Source of the DNA: Trypanosoma brucei
Taxonomy: Eukaryota
Direction: 5' to 3'
DNA: 64,000 nt
NCBI GenBank assembly: GCA_000002445.1
Contig: CM000207.1
Coordinates: 544,001-608,000, forward strand
Under the pieces are notes generated by a model. It did no database searches. It was not told the origin of the DNA and saw nothing but the letters and a program-made list of their open reading frames with translations. Each line of letters begins with the position of its first letter. Position 1 is the first letter of the stretch. This document shows, piece after piece, positions 8,786 to 21,400 of the stretch. The position numbers were made by a program, and so were the translations under genes.

Positions 8786-11700
8786 TTAAGCTGCTGTCCG
8801 AGAGGCTTCTTCTCTCGCCTCTTCTAGCACCGCTGAATCGAGCGTAAAAAACACGAAAGGTTTTAACCGGGTGCGGTACATAACGGTGCTTTGTGGTAGT
8901 TGCTGCTCTTCCTTCGATGGTGTCGATTGGGCAGGGGAACCGCTGCTGGGAGTCACTTCACCCACCGGTGGTGAAAAGAAGGTCATGGACATATTGAATC
9001 CGGTTGTCCGGTAACGACCCGCCGTAACCGCATCCTCATCCCCCAAGGCAGGAGCAGCTGCTGGAGAGTCGTGCTTCGTTTCTGCCGTCACAGCTTGAGG
9101 TACCCCGGCGTCACCACTGTCAAAAACTAATGTGTCGTCCATCAAAACCCGAATCTGCTTTACCCACGCCGCGCGACCCTCCATGACCAATGCACGGTTT
9201 AATGAGAGAACGGATAAACAAAAAGGGGTGTCTGCCACGTACACCAATGAAATAGACGCCTGTACTAGAGATGTATGAATACCCGCCCTCGCGGCGATAA
9301 CAGCAGCTTCTGCATCTTGCTGTATGGCGTTTGGTAGTGCAGTGAAAAGACACTCAGTCTGCAGTGCACCACGACCCTCTCCTGAGTAACTGCTCGTATC
9401 CCCCTCACCCTTTTTCCTAGAATTTTTCCCGTCCCGTTGCTGCTCGCCGGTGGAGCCTCGTGCCTTACTCCCAGAACCACGACCAGTAATCCGCTCGCCA
9501 TTTTCGTCGGCAAATGTACAGGCACGCAACGGGTTCAGCATCCACTCCTTCGCATACGTCTTAAGCTCACTCACGCCCCGGGCACAAAGAATAAGGTTCA
9601 GTTTGAGTACATACCCTACTGGAAGTAGTGGCGTCAGGTACGGCTGATATTCCAACAACCACTTGGGCCGCGGTTTTAGGGCCATGCGGGCACGCCGCAT
9701 TGACATCTCCGCGCGTATTGTCATGGAGGCAGTAAGACTCTGCGAAAGGGGTCGGTAAAGAGCGCCACCGCCAGCCAGTGGACCGCTAACAGAAGAGGCT
9801 CCATCAGGCCCGCCACCCAAAGATAGGTCATACACTTGAAACCGGGGAATAGTGAGAAAGGCAGGTGCCTTGCGCAAACTAACACCCTCCTCCGGGGTTA
9901 CCTCGTAAACGCCGTGCGCCGCTAGGATGCTGCGCATGGCGTTTCCATCACGCGACCATAAAGCCGCATAGGCCCTCACAAAGGATTCTGGTGAATGACA
10001 CTCTGTAGAGGTGCTACAGTTCGTCGAGGTGAGAAACAGTCGCGCTTCCTTGACACCGCAAAAAGTGTGTTCGCCCTGTGAGTAGTTGGCAACCTCCAGA
10101 AGACCTAAGGTTGGCAGGGGAGTCGCAAACACGAATATTATCTCAATGCCACGCACACAGGGAAGCGTCATTGCGGTTTCCGCATTTTCGTCAAAGAGGT
10201 ATTGCAGCTGGTCTGCCCACCTTTCCAGTTCGCCACCGCTGATGTCGTGCGCAGAACCCTGTTCTGCCTCCTGGAATGGAAATCGCACGTACCAATGAGT
10301 GATATACTGACTGACCAGACTCCCATTGGCGTCGCGCAAGCGGATCCCGCTCAATCCAATTTTCTCCGTGTCACCCCAAGTCCCCAACAGCATCATGCAA
10401 AGCGAAGTCACATTCCTTGGACACCCGGGGGGTCCAGCATCAGAGACACCGATAGTAGCTGACGAAACCGCTGAATGTGCCGACTGCGCACCACTGACGG
10501 TATTCGAAGAAATCACGACAGCCTTCTCGTTACCGAATCGCTTCACGTCGCCTTCGTTGCCCGACGACACCAAAAGAGTTGTTGCTGACTGACACAGATT
10601 GTTGCTCGGTTTGTAAGAGGAAGGCAAACCTATATTTGCCGGTTCTCGGTAAGTGTTTTTGGGCGCGAGCGCCGGAGATTTATCATTGGAATTGGTGTCA
10701 TAAAAAAGCATCCGCTGCAACACAACCTCATCCTCCGTAAAGAGAATGTTTTCACAATTCTTTAATCCCACCTGATGAGAAGGAATCACCTCGCCTGTGT
10801 TCTCGGCGATCTCCCCGCGGAAAACGAGTTTGTCATCTACTGTCATCTCCATCAACCGCACACCCTTGTTAGTATGCACGCGCCCACTTCCACCATAGTT
10901 GTGCACCCGCACCATGGAGACAGTAACGGGAAAAGGAAGAATGAAACCAATCAAGTGATGGTTGTCAACACTATACGGCATGGTAAAAAGGCACGTCTCG
11001 TCGTGTGTGTTGTTAACGCCATTTATAATGTTTGACACGCATCGCCGTGGGTCCGAGTTCCCATGAGCAGTTGAAACAAGAGCATCCTCATCGTATGACA
11101 TGCGCGCGAGGTCGTTGCGAGCTGCAGCGGTGGCCATTTCCATTTCGCTCGCCATCTCGTAGGGAGTGGGGTGTTCCACAATCAGAAGGAGTTGATTGTT
11201 TGGTGCACAATACGAGACGTTCGTAAAACCGCCCTCAATCCTCACCTTCTCCTCTTGCTGTTGTTTCGCCCGATCCACCACTTTTTCCTCTAACAACTCT
11301 GCCGGAGGAATGATCCGGTCACCTTTTTCGTCGAAAACCTCTATCCCATTCAAGCCCACCTCATTCAAGTCCCCCCACGTACTAAGAAGATTAAACAAGA
11401 TAAACCTCCCACGCGGCATCTCGTTGGTTAGAAAAGGCTCCAGCTCCAGCGGAGTGCTCTGCGGCAGTGCCCCACTACCCTCGTCAAGTGAAGGGACCGA
11501 ATCGAACTGTGCCTCAGGCTGCGAAGGCGCTACCGGAGTTGGTGGTCCGTTACTCATGCTGGGAGAGTCACAAGAAAAGGGAATGGCTTCATTGCCACCC
11601 ATAAAAAAGGAGTTGTGAAGCACACCCTCGACGACTTGGGGGTGACTGTTTTGTTGCCGTGAACGATCAGGGATGCGAATCATATGTTCACTGCTCACCT

Positions 11701-11914
11701 CGCAGTGCCTGTCATTTTCGCATGGAGGGAAGTCTCTGTTACGTGTTAAGTTAATGGTCGAAAGCCGTGGACCAGCAAACCCACAACTTTGATCCCGCAA
11801 CCGAGCACTGCAACGCTGGTTGCTGTCAACAGAACCACTACCGCTGCCCCTACTTCTCAAGTTATCAATTCTTAAACTTTGTCTATGGAGTTTGTGCCGT
11901 TCCTCACGACGCAT
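8786..11914 (-). CDS. Hypothetical protein, possibly KATNIP/KIAA0556-like (two DUF4457-type motifs).
   Basis: This is a 1079-codon minus-strand ORF. The ORF-track start at 12025 is a GTG; the first in-frame ATG is at 11914, and a stop lies at 12032-12034. Two copies of the motif LLSTWGDLNEVGLNGIEVFDEKGDRI and MLLGTWGDTEKIGLSGIRLRDANGSL resemble the repeated TWGD..GLNG.E signature of KATNIP. This rests on memory of the family, not a search. Confidence 0.65.
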   Translation of the reverse strand: MRREERHKLHRQSLRIDNLRSRGSGSGSVDSNQRCSARLRDQSCGFAGPRLSTINLTRNRDFPPCENDRHCEVSSEHMIRIPDRSRQQNSHPQVVEGVLHNSFFMGGNEAIPFSCDSPSMSNGPPTPVAPSQPEAQFDSVPSLDEGSGALPQSTPLELEPFLTNEMPRGRFILFNLLSTWGDLNEVGLNGIEVFDEKGDRIIPPAELLEEKVVDRAKQQQEEKVRIEGGFTNVSYCAPNNQLLLIVEHPTPYEMASEMEMATAAARNDLARMSYDEDALVSTAHGNSDPRRCVSNIINGVNNTHDETCLFTMPYSVDNHHLIGFILPFPVTVSMVRVHNYGGSGRVHTNKGVRLMEMTVDDKLVFRGEIAENTGEVIPSHQVGLKNCENILFTEDEVVLQRMLFYDTNSNDKSPALAPKNTYREPANIGLPSSYKPSNNLCQSATTLLVSSGNEGDVKRFGNEKAVVISSNTVSGAQSAHSAVSSATIGVSDAGPPGCPRNVTSLCMMLLGTWGDTEKIGLSGIRLRDANGSLVSQYITHWYVRFPFQEAEQGSAHDISGGELERWADQLQYLFDENAETAMTLPCVRGIEIIFVFATPLPTLGLLEVANYSQGEHTFCGVKEARLFLTSTNCSTSTECHSPESFVRAYAALWSRDGNAMRSILAAHGVYEVTPEEGVSLRKAPAFLTIPRFQVYDLSLGGGPDGASSVSGPLAGGGALYRPLSQSLTASMTIRAEMSMRRARMALKPRPKWLLEYQPYLTPLLPVGYVLKLNLILCARGVSELKTYAKEWMLNPLRACTFADENGERITGRGSGSKARGSTGEQQRDGKNSRKKGEGDTSSYSGEGRGALQTECLFTALPNAIQQDAEAAVIAARAGIHTSLVQASISLVYVADTPFCLSVLSLNRALVMEGRAAWVKQIRVLMDDTLVFDSGDAGVPQAVTAETKHDSPAAAPALGDEDAVTAGRYRTTGFNMSMTFFSPPVGEVTPSSGSPAQSTPSKEEQQLPQSTVMYRTRLKPFVFFTLDSAVLEEAREEASRTAA

Positions 11915-13324
11915 GTTGGTGTTTGGGAAAGAACTCGTTTGAGTGTGTGCGTTGCCGTCCACTCTTCCCCTTCGTCGCTTATTATTGTTATTGCTGTTTC
12001 CTGTTTGTTTGCTTTGTTTTTGCACCTCTCTCTATCGTCGCTACTATCGTCTTGCTTGCTAATATATGTATGGATGTATGAGTCTATCGTTTTTCTTCTT
12101 CCTTCGCTCTACCTTATTTCCCTACGTTTCGTCCCGATTGGCTACGTTTGCTGCTTCAATTCACAGAGTTAAGCAAACTTTAGGGTAAAAAGTACTGAGC
12201 ACCGGAAAGCGGGAGAAAAAACAAATAAATAAACCAAGACCACAGAAATGATAGCAATGTAACCACGCACTTGCCTGTAAAAGAGTTTGATACATTTGGT
12301 TAACGCGTTACCGGCAGAAATCCAGAGACACAAAACATTTGCCGCAAGAGTCAGATTCATCCGACTGCATCTTCATGTGTTTTGTCTCTACGGGAAGCTA
12401 CGTGCCAAACACTCAAGGCTGCGGCACTGTTGGGAAGTGTAACGTTTCCCTTAGCTCCTCTCCTCACTTTTTAAACTTGAAAAGGTCTCCTTCTTATTAG
12501 TATCAGTAAAAGTATTAGTGTTATTGTCAGCATTATTATTGTTATTATTATTGCTTCCGCTATTATCGCTATTTGGTGCCGACACTCCAAAGAAACACGA
12601 CCGCGACCGCGCTCATCAGCTCGTTACACGGGGAAACAAGTAACGAAAAAAAGAGTAAGCGGGAAATGGCCCCTTCTTATCCACAACTAGTTGTGCCAAC
12701 AAACAGGTGTAGGAGAAACGAGATTGCATGTACATACATAAATATATTGAAAAACACAGGCGAATGTACGGGTAGAAGAGGAGAGAAAGGTGTTGACAGG
12801 GGTTTATTTATCGTTTGCACAACGGAAGAGACAATAATGATGTCAATAATAATACAATAACGGGAGAAGGTACAGCAGCAGTAAAGTAATGAGGTGGACA
12901 TCTTCACTCAAAAGTAATACAGCACAACACTACCAAAAAATCACGGGTTAACCACCAAACGGGAGGGGGAAATAATGGTACCTTTTTTTTTTAAAAAAAA
13001 GAGAAAAGCACTGGAGACACAACCGACGAGGTGGCAATAAGAACGAAACGAGAGAAATAAAAAACATTATTCGGTCACTTCGCTTTATCTTTTTTTCTAC
13101 GTAAGTACAGGCATACACACAACAGAGACTAAAATGTGTAATCTTTTAACTGGTATAAGTACGCTACCTTTCTCACCAAACAAAAAGAAATACACCAAAA
13201 AAAAAGGAGCGCTTATCCATCACCATTCTGTCATTATTCCTAAACTATCATCCAAATATCAACGCGTTGCTTTACGTAACCCTGTGAAACTTATTAAGTA
13301 AATGTTATCATGGACAGAAATCCA

Positions 13325-13348
13325 ATATATATATATATATATGTATAT
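13325..13348. repeat. (TA)n microsatellite.
   Basis: Read directly: atatatatatatatatatgtatat. Confidence 0.9.
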
Positions 13349-13907
13349 GGAAACATGTAAATGTTCATATGATTTTATATATTCACATATAACATAAACT
13401 TTTACATACTCAAACACACGTTCACTACGCCCCTTTCCCTCTATGTGCGTTTACCCTCCATTCATCTGCGATATATTCAAATATTAAGGCCCTTCCTTCC
13501 CCGTCAGTACCTCTATGCAGTCTTCCCATACGCCTGGACCTCTGGAAAGTGGCGACAAATTTTGAAAAAAAAAACAACTGAGATGAACAAAGGCAACAGA
13601 AAACTCCCCAGCTGAATGTGAAAGGGGTGCGTGACGTCGCATATCCTTTCATTTGCGACATGCATCAACCCATGTGCAATCAAGTAGAGAAATAACCATC
13701 ACAACATGGTAACATGCAAACAGAAGAATGGGCGGTAATACAAAAAAAAAATCAGCAACAGCCACTGCTTCAAAGGAAAAAGAGTGGTTTTATCACAAGC
13801 ACCATATGGCGGGCGCGTTATCTCAACAGAAGATGCTTCTATCAAAAAGTTACTCCATTCCGCATAACGTAGTACAAAACAAAGTCTTCGTTACGGATCA
13901 CACCCAT

Positions 13908-14759
13908 TTATTCTTTCTTCTTCCTTTTACTGACGGACACCTGATCATCAGCATTACTGTCATCAGCGACGACAAAGCGTCTATAGCCCTGCTTCATAAT
14001 CTCAAAAAGCCACACGTACTGCAAACTCTGAATGATAGACAGGAGCACCATGGAAACAATTATACTTGCTTCATCATGTACCACGACCTTATCATCGCTC
14101 CGCGTATCCATGAGCAATTTGTACATTAATTGTAGCCATCTGAATGTCACAACCGAACCTCCCACAACACGAATGATGAGAAACATAAATGCAAACACAA
14201 CATCGCAGATTGTCGCAAGGGAGCTGAATGCTGTAGTATGCAGCGTGCGTATGATGGAGGAGATATGAAACGGTACGTTGCTAAGCTCAAACATACCTGT
14301 GAAGTACGATCCATACTGATCGGAGTAGGGAAACGATAGCAAGTAAGCTCCCACGAGGCTTGCAAAAGCATGAACTTTCCACTGCGCCTCCCATTTATAT
14401 GCAAAACAGACAAAAATGTCCCAAACAAAATACGCTACTATGGCAACCCGAAAGAAACGGTAATATGGAATCTCGCGATACACGTCAGTGTCGAGGACGT
14501 AACCATGATCACGAAGGTTCGTAACAAAGCACACTGCAGAACCTACCATAAGAAGCCCATTAAAAACACTCACCGTCCGCACAATAACATTATTTTGGTC
14601 ATCTCGCGCGAGTTTTTGGAAAGCGGTACCAAACACTTTAGGATATATCCACTGTGCTGTTACCTGAACGGCACCGTACACCGCCACCATAGGAAGGAGA
14701 ATGGGCCAGTCACGGACTAGAGGTGACATGTACGTGTCATATGCACCATAAAGCCCCAT
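13908..14759 (-). CDS. Polytopic membrane protein of about 6 TM helices, possibly TLC-domain (TRAM/LAG1/CLN8 superfamily), with a C-terminal KKXX-like ER retrieval motif (..KRKKKE).
   Basis: It is a 283-aa ORF with an ATG start at 14757-14759. It has multiple hydrophobic helices, an aromatic-rich segment FRVAIVAYFVWDIFVCFAYKWEAQWKVHAF, and a lysine-rich C-terminus. Confidence 0.6.
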   Translation of the reverse strand: MGLYGAYDTYMSPLVRDWPILLPMVAVYGAVQVTAQWIYPKVFGTAFQKLARDDQNNVIVRTVSVFNGLLMVGSAVCFVTNLRDHGYVLDTDVYREIPYYRFFRVAIVAYFVWDIFVCFAYKWEAQWKVHAFASLVGAYLLSFPYSDQYGSYFTGMFELSNVPFHISSIIRTLHTTAFSSLATICDVVFAFMFLIIRVVGGSVVTFRWLQLMYKLLMDTRSDDKVVVHDEASIIVSMVLLSIIQSLQYVWLFEIMKQGYRRFVVADDSNADDQVSVSKRKKKE

Positions 14760-15858
14760 TGGTTCTAACTTCTGTTTGTTTCAATCTTCTGTTGGTAGTT
14801 TCTATGTGAACTACTTTACTATTATATTGCTATTGTTATCTTTTTCTTGTTTGTTTGCTTTTTTCCCACTTTCAAGGAGAGTCTTACTTTGGAGTAACTG
14901 CAAAATTGTGAAAAGCAAAACAACTTGGACGAGAACAAGTAACGAAAACAACCATACAGTAACGTTGTGGAACACGTGCGTCACGCAAAGTATAAACTTA
15001 AACAACTTCACACACCTGTGCGCAGTTGGGTGGAGTGAAGATTCTTGTGCGAAGGAAAGTGAGAATAACATATATATATATAAGAATGAGTAAAGGGAAG
15101 AAAAAGCTACGCGTTTTACACAATACCACCTCCTCTTCTTTCCGATGCTCAACCTCAATATCTTCATCCTGTTTTTTTCATTCTTTTTTCCCTCACATCG
15201 CTCCCTCTTCCTCTTTATCTTTCTCCCCCCCCCCTATTTCCCATTTCCTTTCTTCGAGCTTCTTACACTTTGCGTGCATTTAAAAAGAAAAAAAACGTTT
15301 AAGCGAATACTTTTTCTTATGTATCCCCTTCTTTTTAGTTTAGGGGGTTAAGTGAATGCACTGAAAGTAAACCAACAGCAGCAACACAATGGAGAAAGCA
15401 CGCAGCCCAGCATTCACCTGTGCACTCATGCGAACTTGTAATGCAAGTCAAGACCATGCTTAAATCATCCACTCGTCGCTTCAATTAGTACCTGCCACGT
15501 AACACGTACGAACACATATGCATATGAGGAGAATGAATAGGACTATTGGCGTATGCTGAGGCACAGCAGTGGGTGAGTAACATTCTCAGCCACACCTCTT
15601 GAGAAAATAGAGAGGGGAAAGAAGGTTGAAGGACGACCAGCGACGTGTCAACAGTCACATCAATCGTTCGAAAAGAAGCACGACAATGCATCTCGGTGGC
15701 ATCAAATTTCATAACGCGAGAGCATAGCACTGCGAAAACTGCAACACATGCACTCACTGACAGACATACATATACTTATTTATATACGCATGTGTGGACA
15801 CCATTTCCTCACCATGCTCAAGAGGCCATGATCCTTCTCAGGACTACAGCACTGACCA

Positions 15859-16812
15859 CTAGTGTTGGATTCTCTGATTGTTAAATTGTGACCAATATTT
15901 ATGCATTTCAAGCGCTACCACGCAACTATCACGCACGATCGCTTCCTTGTGCTTCGCATACTCCTCTAATGCGGGAAGTGTCTTTGGATCAGCGATTGCC
16001 CCCAGCGCCTCCGCCGCCTCGTGTCGCACCATTGGGGCCTCATGCTCATCCCGAAGTGCATCAAGCAGAGCGGGTTGGCTTGCCGGATGCTCCAGCTGTC
16101 CAAGTACAAATGCCACCTCGTGCCGAAGTAATGCACTCGTGTTGTCTTGCCGCAGTGCCCGAGAGAGCGCAGCTACCGCTTCCGGGGTTCCAATGTTTCT
16201 AAGCGTGAACATAGCCTGGTAACGTAACCACAGCGAAACTGCACCGGTAGTGTCACATAATAGATTCTCAAGTTCTGAAACGGTATAGGGGGCAGAGCCA
16301 CCGGTGTTGGTGCCGTTGAAGGCGGGTGCAGGATCAATAGAGACAAATGGACAGTTTGCCGCCGGTCCCACAGCCTCCTTACCTTTCTCTTCGAGCATTT
16401 CTATTCGTTTCAGTGCGAGTTCACATGACTCACGAATGGCGGCCTCTGGTTCATTCGCCGGTTCCATGAAGTGCCGCAGAAGTGGAATACATGCAGGGTC
16501 CCCAATGGCGCCTAAGGCCTCAACCGCCTCGTGACGAGTAACAATATCATACTTGCCCACTGCGCGAATGAACCGTTCCAGATGTGGGCATGCTTCTACC
16601 ATAGCCGATTGACCAAGATTGTACACAAGCTCATGCTGTAGTAACACAGAGTTTGTAGTGTCAACAGCTTTGGCAAGCACATGAACACCAGCAGGAGTCC
16701 TCAGTATGGATTCCTTCAGACGGTACAACTCGCGTGTGCGACTAAACAGAGGTTCCTCGGGGTCGAGCAGCTTTCTGTACTCCTGCTCACAAACAGAGAG
16801 GTCCTGATCCAT
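15859..16812 (-). CDS. DOHH: Deoxyhypusine hydroxylase (a HEAT-repeat di-iron enzyme in eIF5A hypusination).
   Basis: It is a 317-aa ORF with an ATG start. Four canonical His-Glu motifs sit in HEAT-like repeats: [38 protein letters not shown] and [15 protein letters not shown]. The size and a two-lobe arrangement of two HE motifs each are typical of DOHH. Confidence 0.9.
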   Translation of the reverse strand: MDQDLSVCEQEYRKLLDPEEPLFSRTRELYRLKESILRTPAGVHVLAKAVDTTNSVLLQHELVYNLGQSAMVEACPHLERFIRAVGKYDIVTRHEAVEALGAIGDPACIPLLRHFMEPANEPEAAIRESCELALKRIEMLEEKGKEAVGPAANCPFVSIDPAPAFNGTNTGGSAPYTVSELENLLCDTTGAVSLWLRYQAMFTLRNIGTPEAVAALSRALRQDNTSALLRHEVAFVLGQLEHPASQPALLDALRDEHEAPMVRHEAAEALGAIADPKTLPALEEYAKHKEAIVRDSCVVALEMHKYWSQFNNQRIQH

Positions 16813-17803
16813 CGTTAGTGTTAGAGCAGCAGCGCTTGAGAACAGATGCGAAAGGGTACGGAGCGCTTACTTCCAAACCGTAACCGGCTTGCCGTGAGGA
16901 AATACGCTACGTAAAACCCAAGAAATTCAAAACCGTACGTAAAAAGAAAAGGAAAAGAATACAGTTCACTGGGACGGGTGCACAACACACCCAAATGTTT
17001 ACCACTTCAACAGTACTCTTTGCTCTGCGGCGGAGTGAACGTGATACATCACATAGGAGGTTTAACGAAATATTGATCATTATCAACAGCGGTCGATGCA
17101 TGACTGCCTTACGTCGCGGCTGTTATAACATTCTGTAAAGGAATGTGGTAAAACTTTGCTGCTTCCGGTGTCTCTGCCTTGCCATCAGAAAGAAGTAACA
17201 TCACCGAATATGAACACCACAGACACACACGTACAGACACCTTACAAATTATATTTCCCGGTTCCTCCAGGTGTGCGAACCATCCCGCCCCAGGGGGTTT
17301 CAACACCTTTTTCCGTTTTCTTTCCCTTCTTCACCTTCACCTCCCTCCCCTCTCCTCAGTCGCGTATCGACTATGATGAAAGAAAGCAAAAGAACCCACA
17401 ACTTCGACCAGCACTCTGAATGTCCTTGAACCAATCAAACAATGGAAAGTAAACATAACTCGTTGCAAAGCAATACATGTGGGAGGGAGAAGAGGACGTA
17501 AGTAAGGTGAAGGAAGGGCAATGTGGAACGGCTGGGTGCACACTCTCATACAGGCGAGATCGGTCAAACGCACTACCTTTCCTTCGCTTTCACACTAACA
17601 CACCTTCCACCTAAAATGGTTCCACACTTCTCAAATAATACGCCTATACACAGGAAAAATCACAGATACAGCACGTGGACGCCGTCAAGTAAGAACCCCT
17701 CTGCTTTTTTTTCTGAAATCCCTTCATTTCACACAAACAAAAGTTACATGTGCCAACAAATAACTTCCCTCCCCGTACTTTCCCACTATTCAACCCATTT
17801 TTC

Positions 17804-17830
17804 CACACACACACACACACGCACACGCAC
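17804..17830. repeat. (CA)n microsatellite.
   Basis: Read directly: cacacacacacacacacgcacacgcac. Confidence 0.9.
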
Positions 17831-18426
17831 CACCCTCAAAAGTTAACGCCCCAGTCCCCAGCTCCATAACCCCCTCACAATAAAAGCGCAAGTTTTACTC
17901 ATATCACTCCCACACTGCTTCTGTTACGTGTTTTTTTTTCCCCCTCCCTTCCTTCTTCCCTCCACTTCTCTTTCTTTCTTTTTACTTTACGCGACCTTGA
18001 ATAGCGCAGAACCGTAGGGCCACAGCTGATAACAGCAGAAAACTAGAAAGTCGACATGCAGACAAACAGACATGCATCCTCTCTCTCTCTTACAGTTGTG
18101 GCGTAACTCAAGAAACGAGAAGGAAGAGTTGACTGCTGGTTTTCACGTGCGCCGCAGCACGTAGGAAGACGTGGACACGTGTGTTTATAGCGTCATGAAT
18201 AACATACGTCTCTTTAATGGGATGAATCGGGCCCGAACATAAACAACAGGATTGCTGAAGTAAAAATAAGTTTTCTAAGAAGCATCAATCACAATGTATT
18301 GGGGAAAGATAACAATATTAAAAAAACAAGAAACTACAGTGAGCCTATAATATTTAAAGCAAAGTTTAACCAGGCACATAGAGTTTGCACATTTGTTGCA
18401 TTATTTCACCCATTATTTCAACGTTG

Positions 18427-21400
18427 TTAGGTTCCGAGCCGGCGGAGCACTTGACGCAGCGTGAACACTTCCGAAAAAAACTTCTCTCTCGTCTCCGCTG
18501 CGTTCGTAAGAACCGAGAAAGCCTCCCGCAGTGTCGCATGTTTACCCTCCGGGAACGACATAATCAGTTGCTCCACGTAGTTAAACCAGAAAGGAGGGTG
18601 TGCCTCGAAGATATGATGTACGACAGCACAGCTTGAATTTACTGCGCGATCCTGAAACACAATAATGTTCATGGCTGTACTCAATAACCTCTGCCATACG
18701 CTATCATGTGGCGCTAATAACCTGGCCAAATGCTCACGAACCTCTGTTGCCAGCCGTGGGGGCCTGCTGACGATGCTCTGCTGAACAGGGGGCATTGGGG
18801 ACGAGAGACGGGAGGATCCGAAGGGTTGCGTGAAGGGTGCAGGGGACTGGTCCGGGCCGTGAGTATCTGTGGGACGCAACGATGGCGAGAGAGCGATCGC
18901 CCTCACCTCCTGTACAAGTCCCGAGATAAATGTGAGAAACCCCAACCCATGCACAAGCACGCCAGACTGCGTGTCCACGTCTTCACACACTGTTATAACG
19001 GCGTTGATTAACCCCACTAGCTCGTCGCCTGTGAGACCCCGTAGACAAAAATACAAGTTTTCCTCAACTAACAGACGCAAAAGGTCAACAGCAACTACAG
19101 TAAACTTTCCGTGCTCCTTAAACACATTTGTCCCAACCAATGCCAGCTTTCGGAGGAGGTCTACCGTAGTGCGTTCAAAAGTGTCATCATTGTAGTATAA
19201 CATCGCACCAAAAGGAACAAAAGACCCTTCCATGCACCTCTTCATGATATCCATGGCCAGCATCCATGGTTTAAGCACCTTGTTGTAGCTGCCTGATAAG
19301 GAGGAGAGAGCCATAAGATGATCGATGGAGAATGTGCGCTTCTCTACCTTCTCAACGAGATCACAGAGATGCTTGAAAAGCATTAGTCCAACGGCACTGT
19401 TGCTGCTTGATGATATGTGAAGCCTTCCATATTTTCCAGGGGTAACGAGCTCGCAGAGGAAGCGCATGAGTGCTGTTACCACAATCGGTGAATCACCCGC
19501 TGTGTCAACGATGGTGACAAAGACGGAGTAACGGGAGAGAAACCAATCGATGAAGTCCAAAGAAGACAACTGGTCTTCCTTCAACGCCTGGCAAGCGCCA
19601 CGCAGGTCACGCACCCACCCGGCTATAAAGCTCGGGCTATTTACCTCATTATTCACAGTTCTCTGCATGCTGAAGTCAACGTTGCTAAGATATGACTCCA
19701 TGCGCTCCCTTGTGTAACTCCCCGTTGAACGGACAAACCACAATGCCTTCGTGATATTGGTACGGAGTTTGTATGTTTGTTCTGATTGGGCAAGTGGCAG
19801 ATCAGACGTTGGGGGAAGTTCAAGGGACAGCTCTCGCAGTAACTGAGGCGGAGCCTCACGGCAAGCCTCAACGATGACATCGGCAGACGATCGGATGATG
19901 TCCACCGCGTCCAAGCTATCAGGACCACGCAACAAATTATGGCCGACGTTATCCAATACAAACTGAAAGAGTTGCCCACGGTCCTGAAAAACATTAGTCA
20001 CAACAGCTGATAGGTTGCCGTGGCGAGCACCAGTGATCACAGACTGCATATTCGTCAGGAAGTGCAGCATTCCACGCTCCACAAAACTACTGAATAATGC
20101 AGGGTTGCCACTGTGGTTCCTGCGATGGTCAGCACAGCCCCTAGCGTATGCAAAAACATGTGAGCACGGTTCAATACCTGAACTTTCCATGCTAAACAGC
20201 ACGAGCCACGCAACACCACCAGCAATATAAAACAGCCAACCAGTGGAGAGAGGTGATGTGAAGATCGACATGCCCACTTGCTGATTGAGATAATTTGCGA
20301 AATCACCAAGATACGTTGCGGGGTCGAGGAGGCACACGTTAGCGTAGGCATCAGACTGTGCGAGTACCGCTTCCGCGAGACCACCATCCGCATCTTCTAA
20401 CGAGAAAGAATCCCCACCGCTTGCATCCGCGCCGTGAATACGTGCCACCAAGAAGGCACGTAGAACCGGAAGTACTGCAACCTCAATATCTTGAGGACAC
20501 TGCTCCGAGTAACTACGCCGCTTTGAAGTTGTAAGCGCAACCCAGAACGCCATCACTGCAGTGGCTGTGGAGAAACTCCCTTCTTGGCCAAATGTAATCG
20601 ACAGCACATCTACCGAAATGGATTGAAACGCCGTCACCCATTGCTCGAAGACTGCAACCTGACGGAGTTCGCGGTAGCCAAGGGAAAGCACTACACGGCG
20701 GAATGCCTCAGCAAGAGTCTCAATGTAGCGGGGTATCTTAAGCCGACCATCTTGCAACATGGTCACCTGTATTAATTTAGTGAGTGTGAATTCAATGTAC
20801 TGCAGCCGTTCCTCTACCGTTTCAAAGAATGAGCGATAAGTGCCACATATATTCGAAATAGCTGAAAGTAGACTTGCACAGTGCGGGTGCGGCAGCGCGG
20901 CGTGCTGGCCCCATAGCGTTTGTAGGGTCTGGTCACTTAAGATAGTAGGTTTCCATGCGCATGGGAAGTGAACGAAGGGAAGGTCCTCCGTATCATCAAC
21001 CATTATAGCTCGAAAATCAAACGAGAAGCAGTTTTCCACGAGCTTCACAATTTCGGTAATGTGCGGAGTGTTCACCGTTAACTTCTCTAGTAGTTTCAGC
21101 GCCTCCACCAAAATATTCAGGAGACACTTCTCATTGAAGTTACCGCTACAGTGTCGATGCGCCACAAATCCTAGATATGTCTTAGACCGAGATGAATCGT
21201 ACTTGGAGAACTCCACCACCAACGCATTGAGCATCATCAAACCAAGCAGTTGCATGTTCGTACCATCCGCCTCATGTCGCAGCAACTCAATGGGATAATT
21301 TACAGCTCCTTCAAGGAGGGGATCAGCTTCAAAGGCAAGTTTTGTCAATTTCGCGTACGCAGATAGAAGGGCCGACACCACATGTTTCGGCGCACCATTT

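Noticed and set aside
11915-12025. The GTG-initiated N-terminal 37 residues of ORF 8786..12025. The TTG starts at 50758 (EB1) and 63950 (UTP10-like) are similar cases.
   Set aside because: The ORF track evidently accepts non-ATG starts. The plus-strand codons at these positions are cac or caa, not cat. Trypanosome genes use ATG, so the first in-frame ATG was used. For the UTP10-like gene the frame simply continues past the window end.
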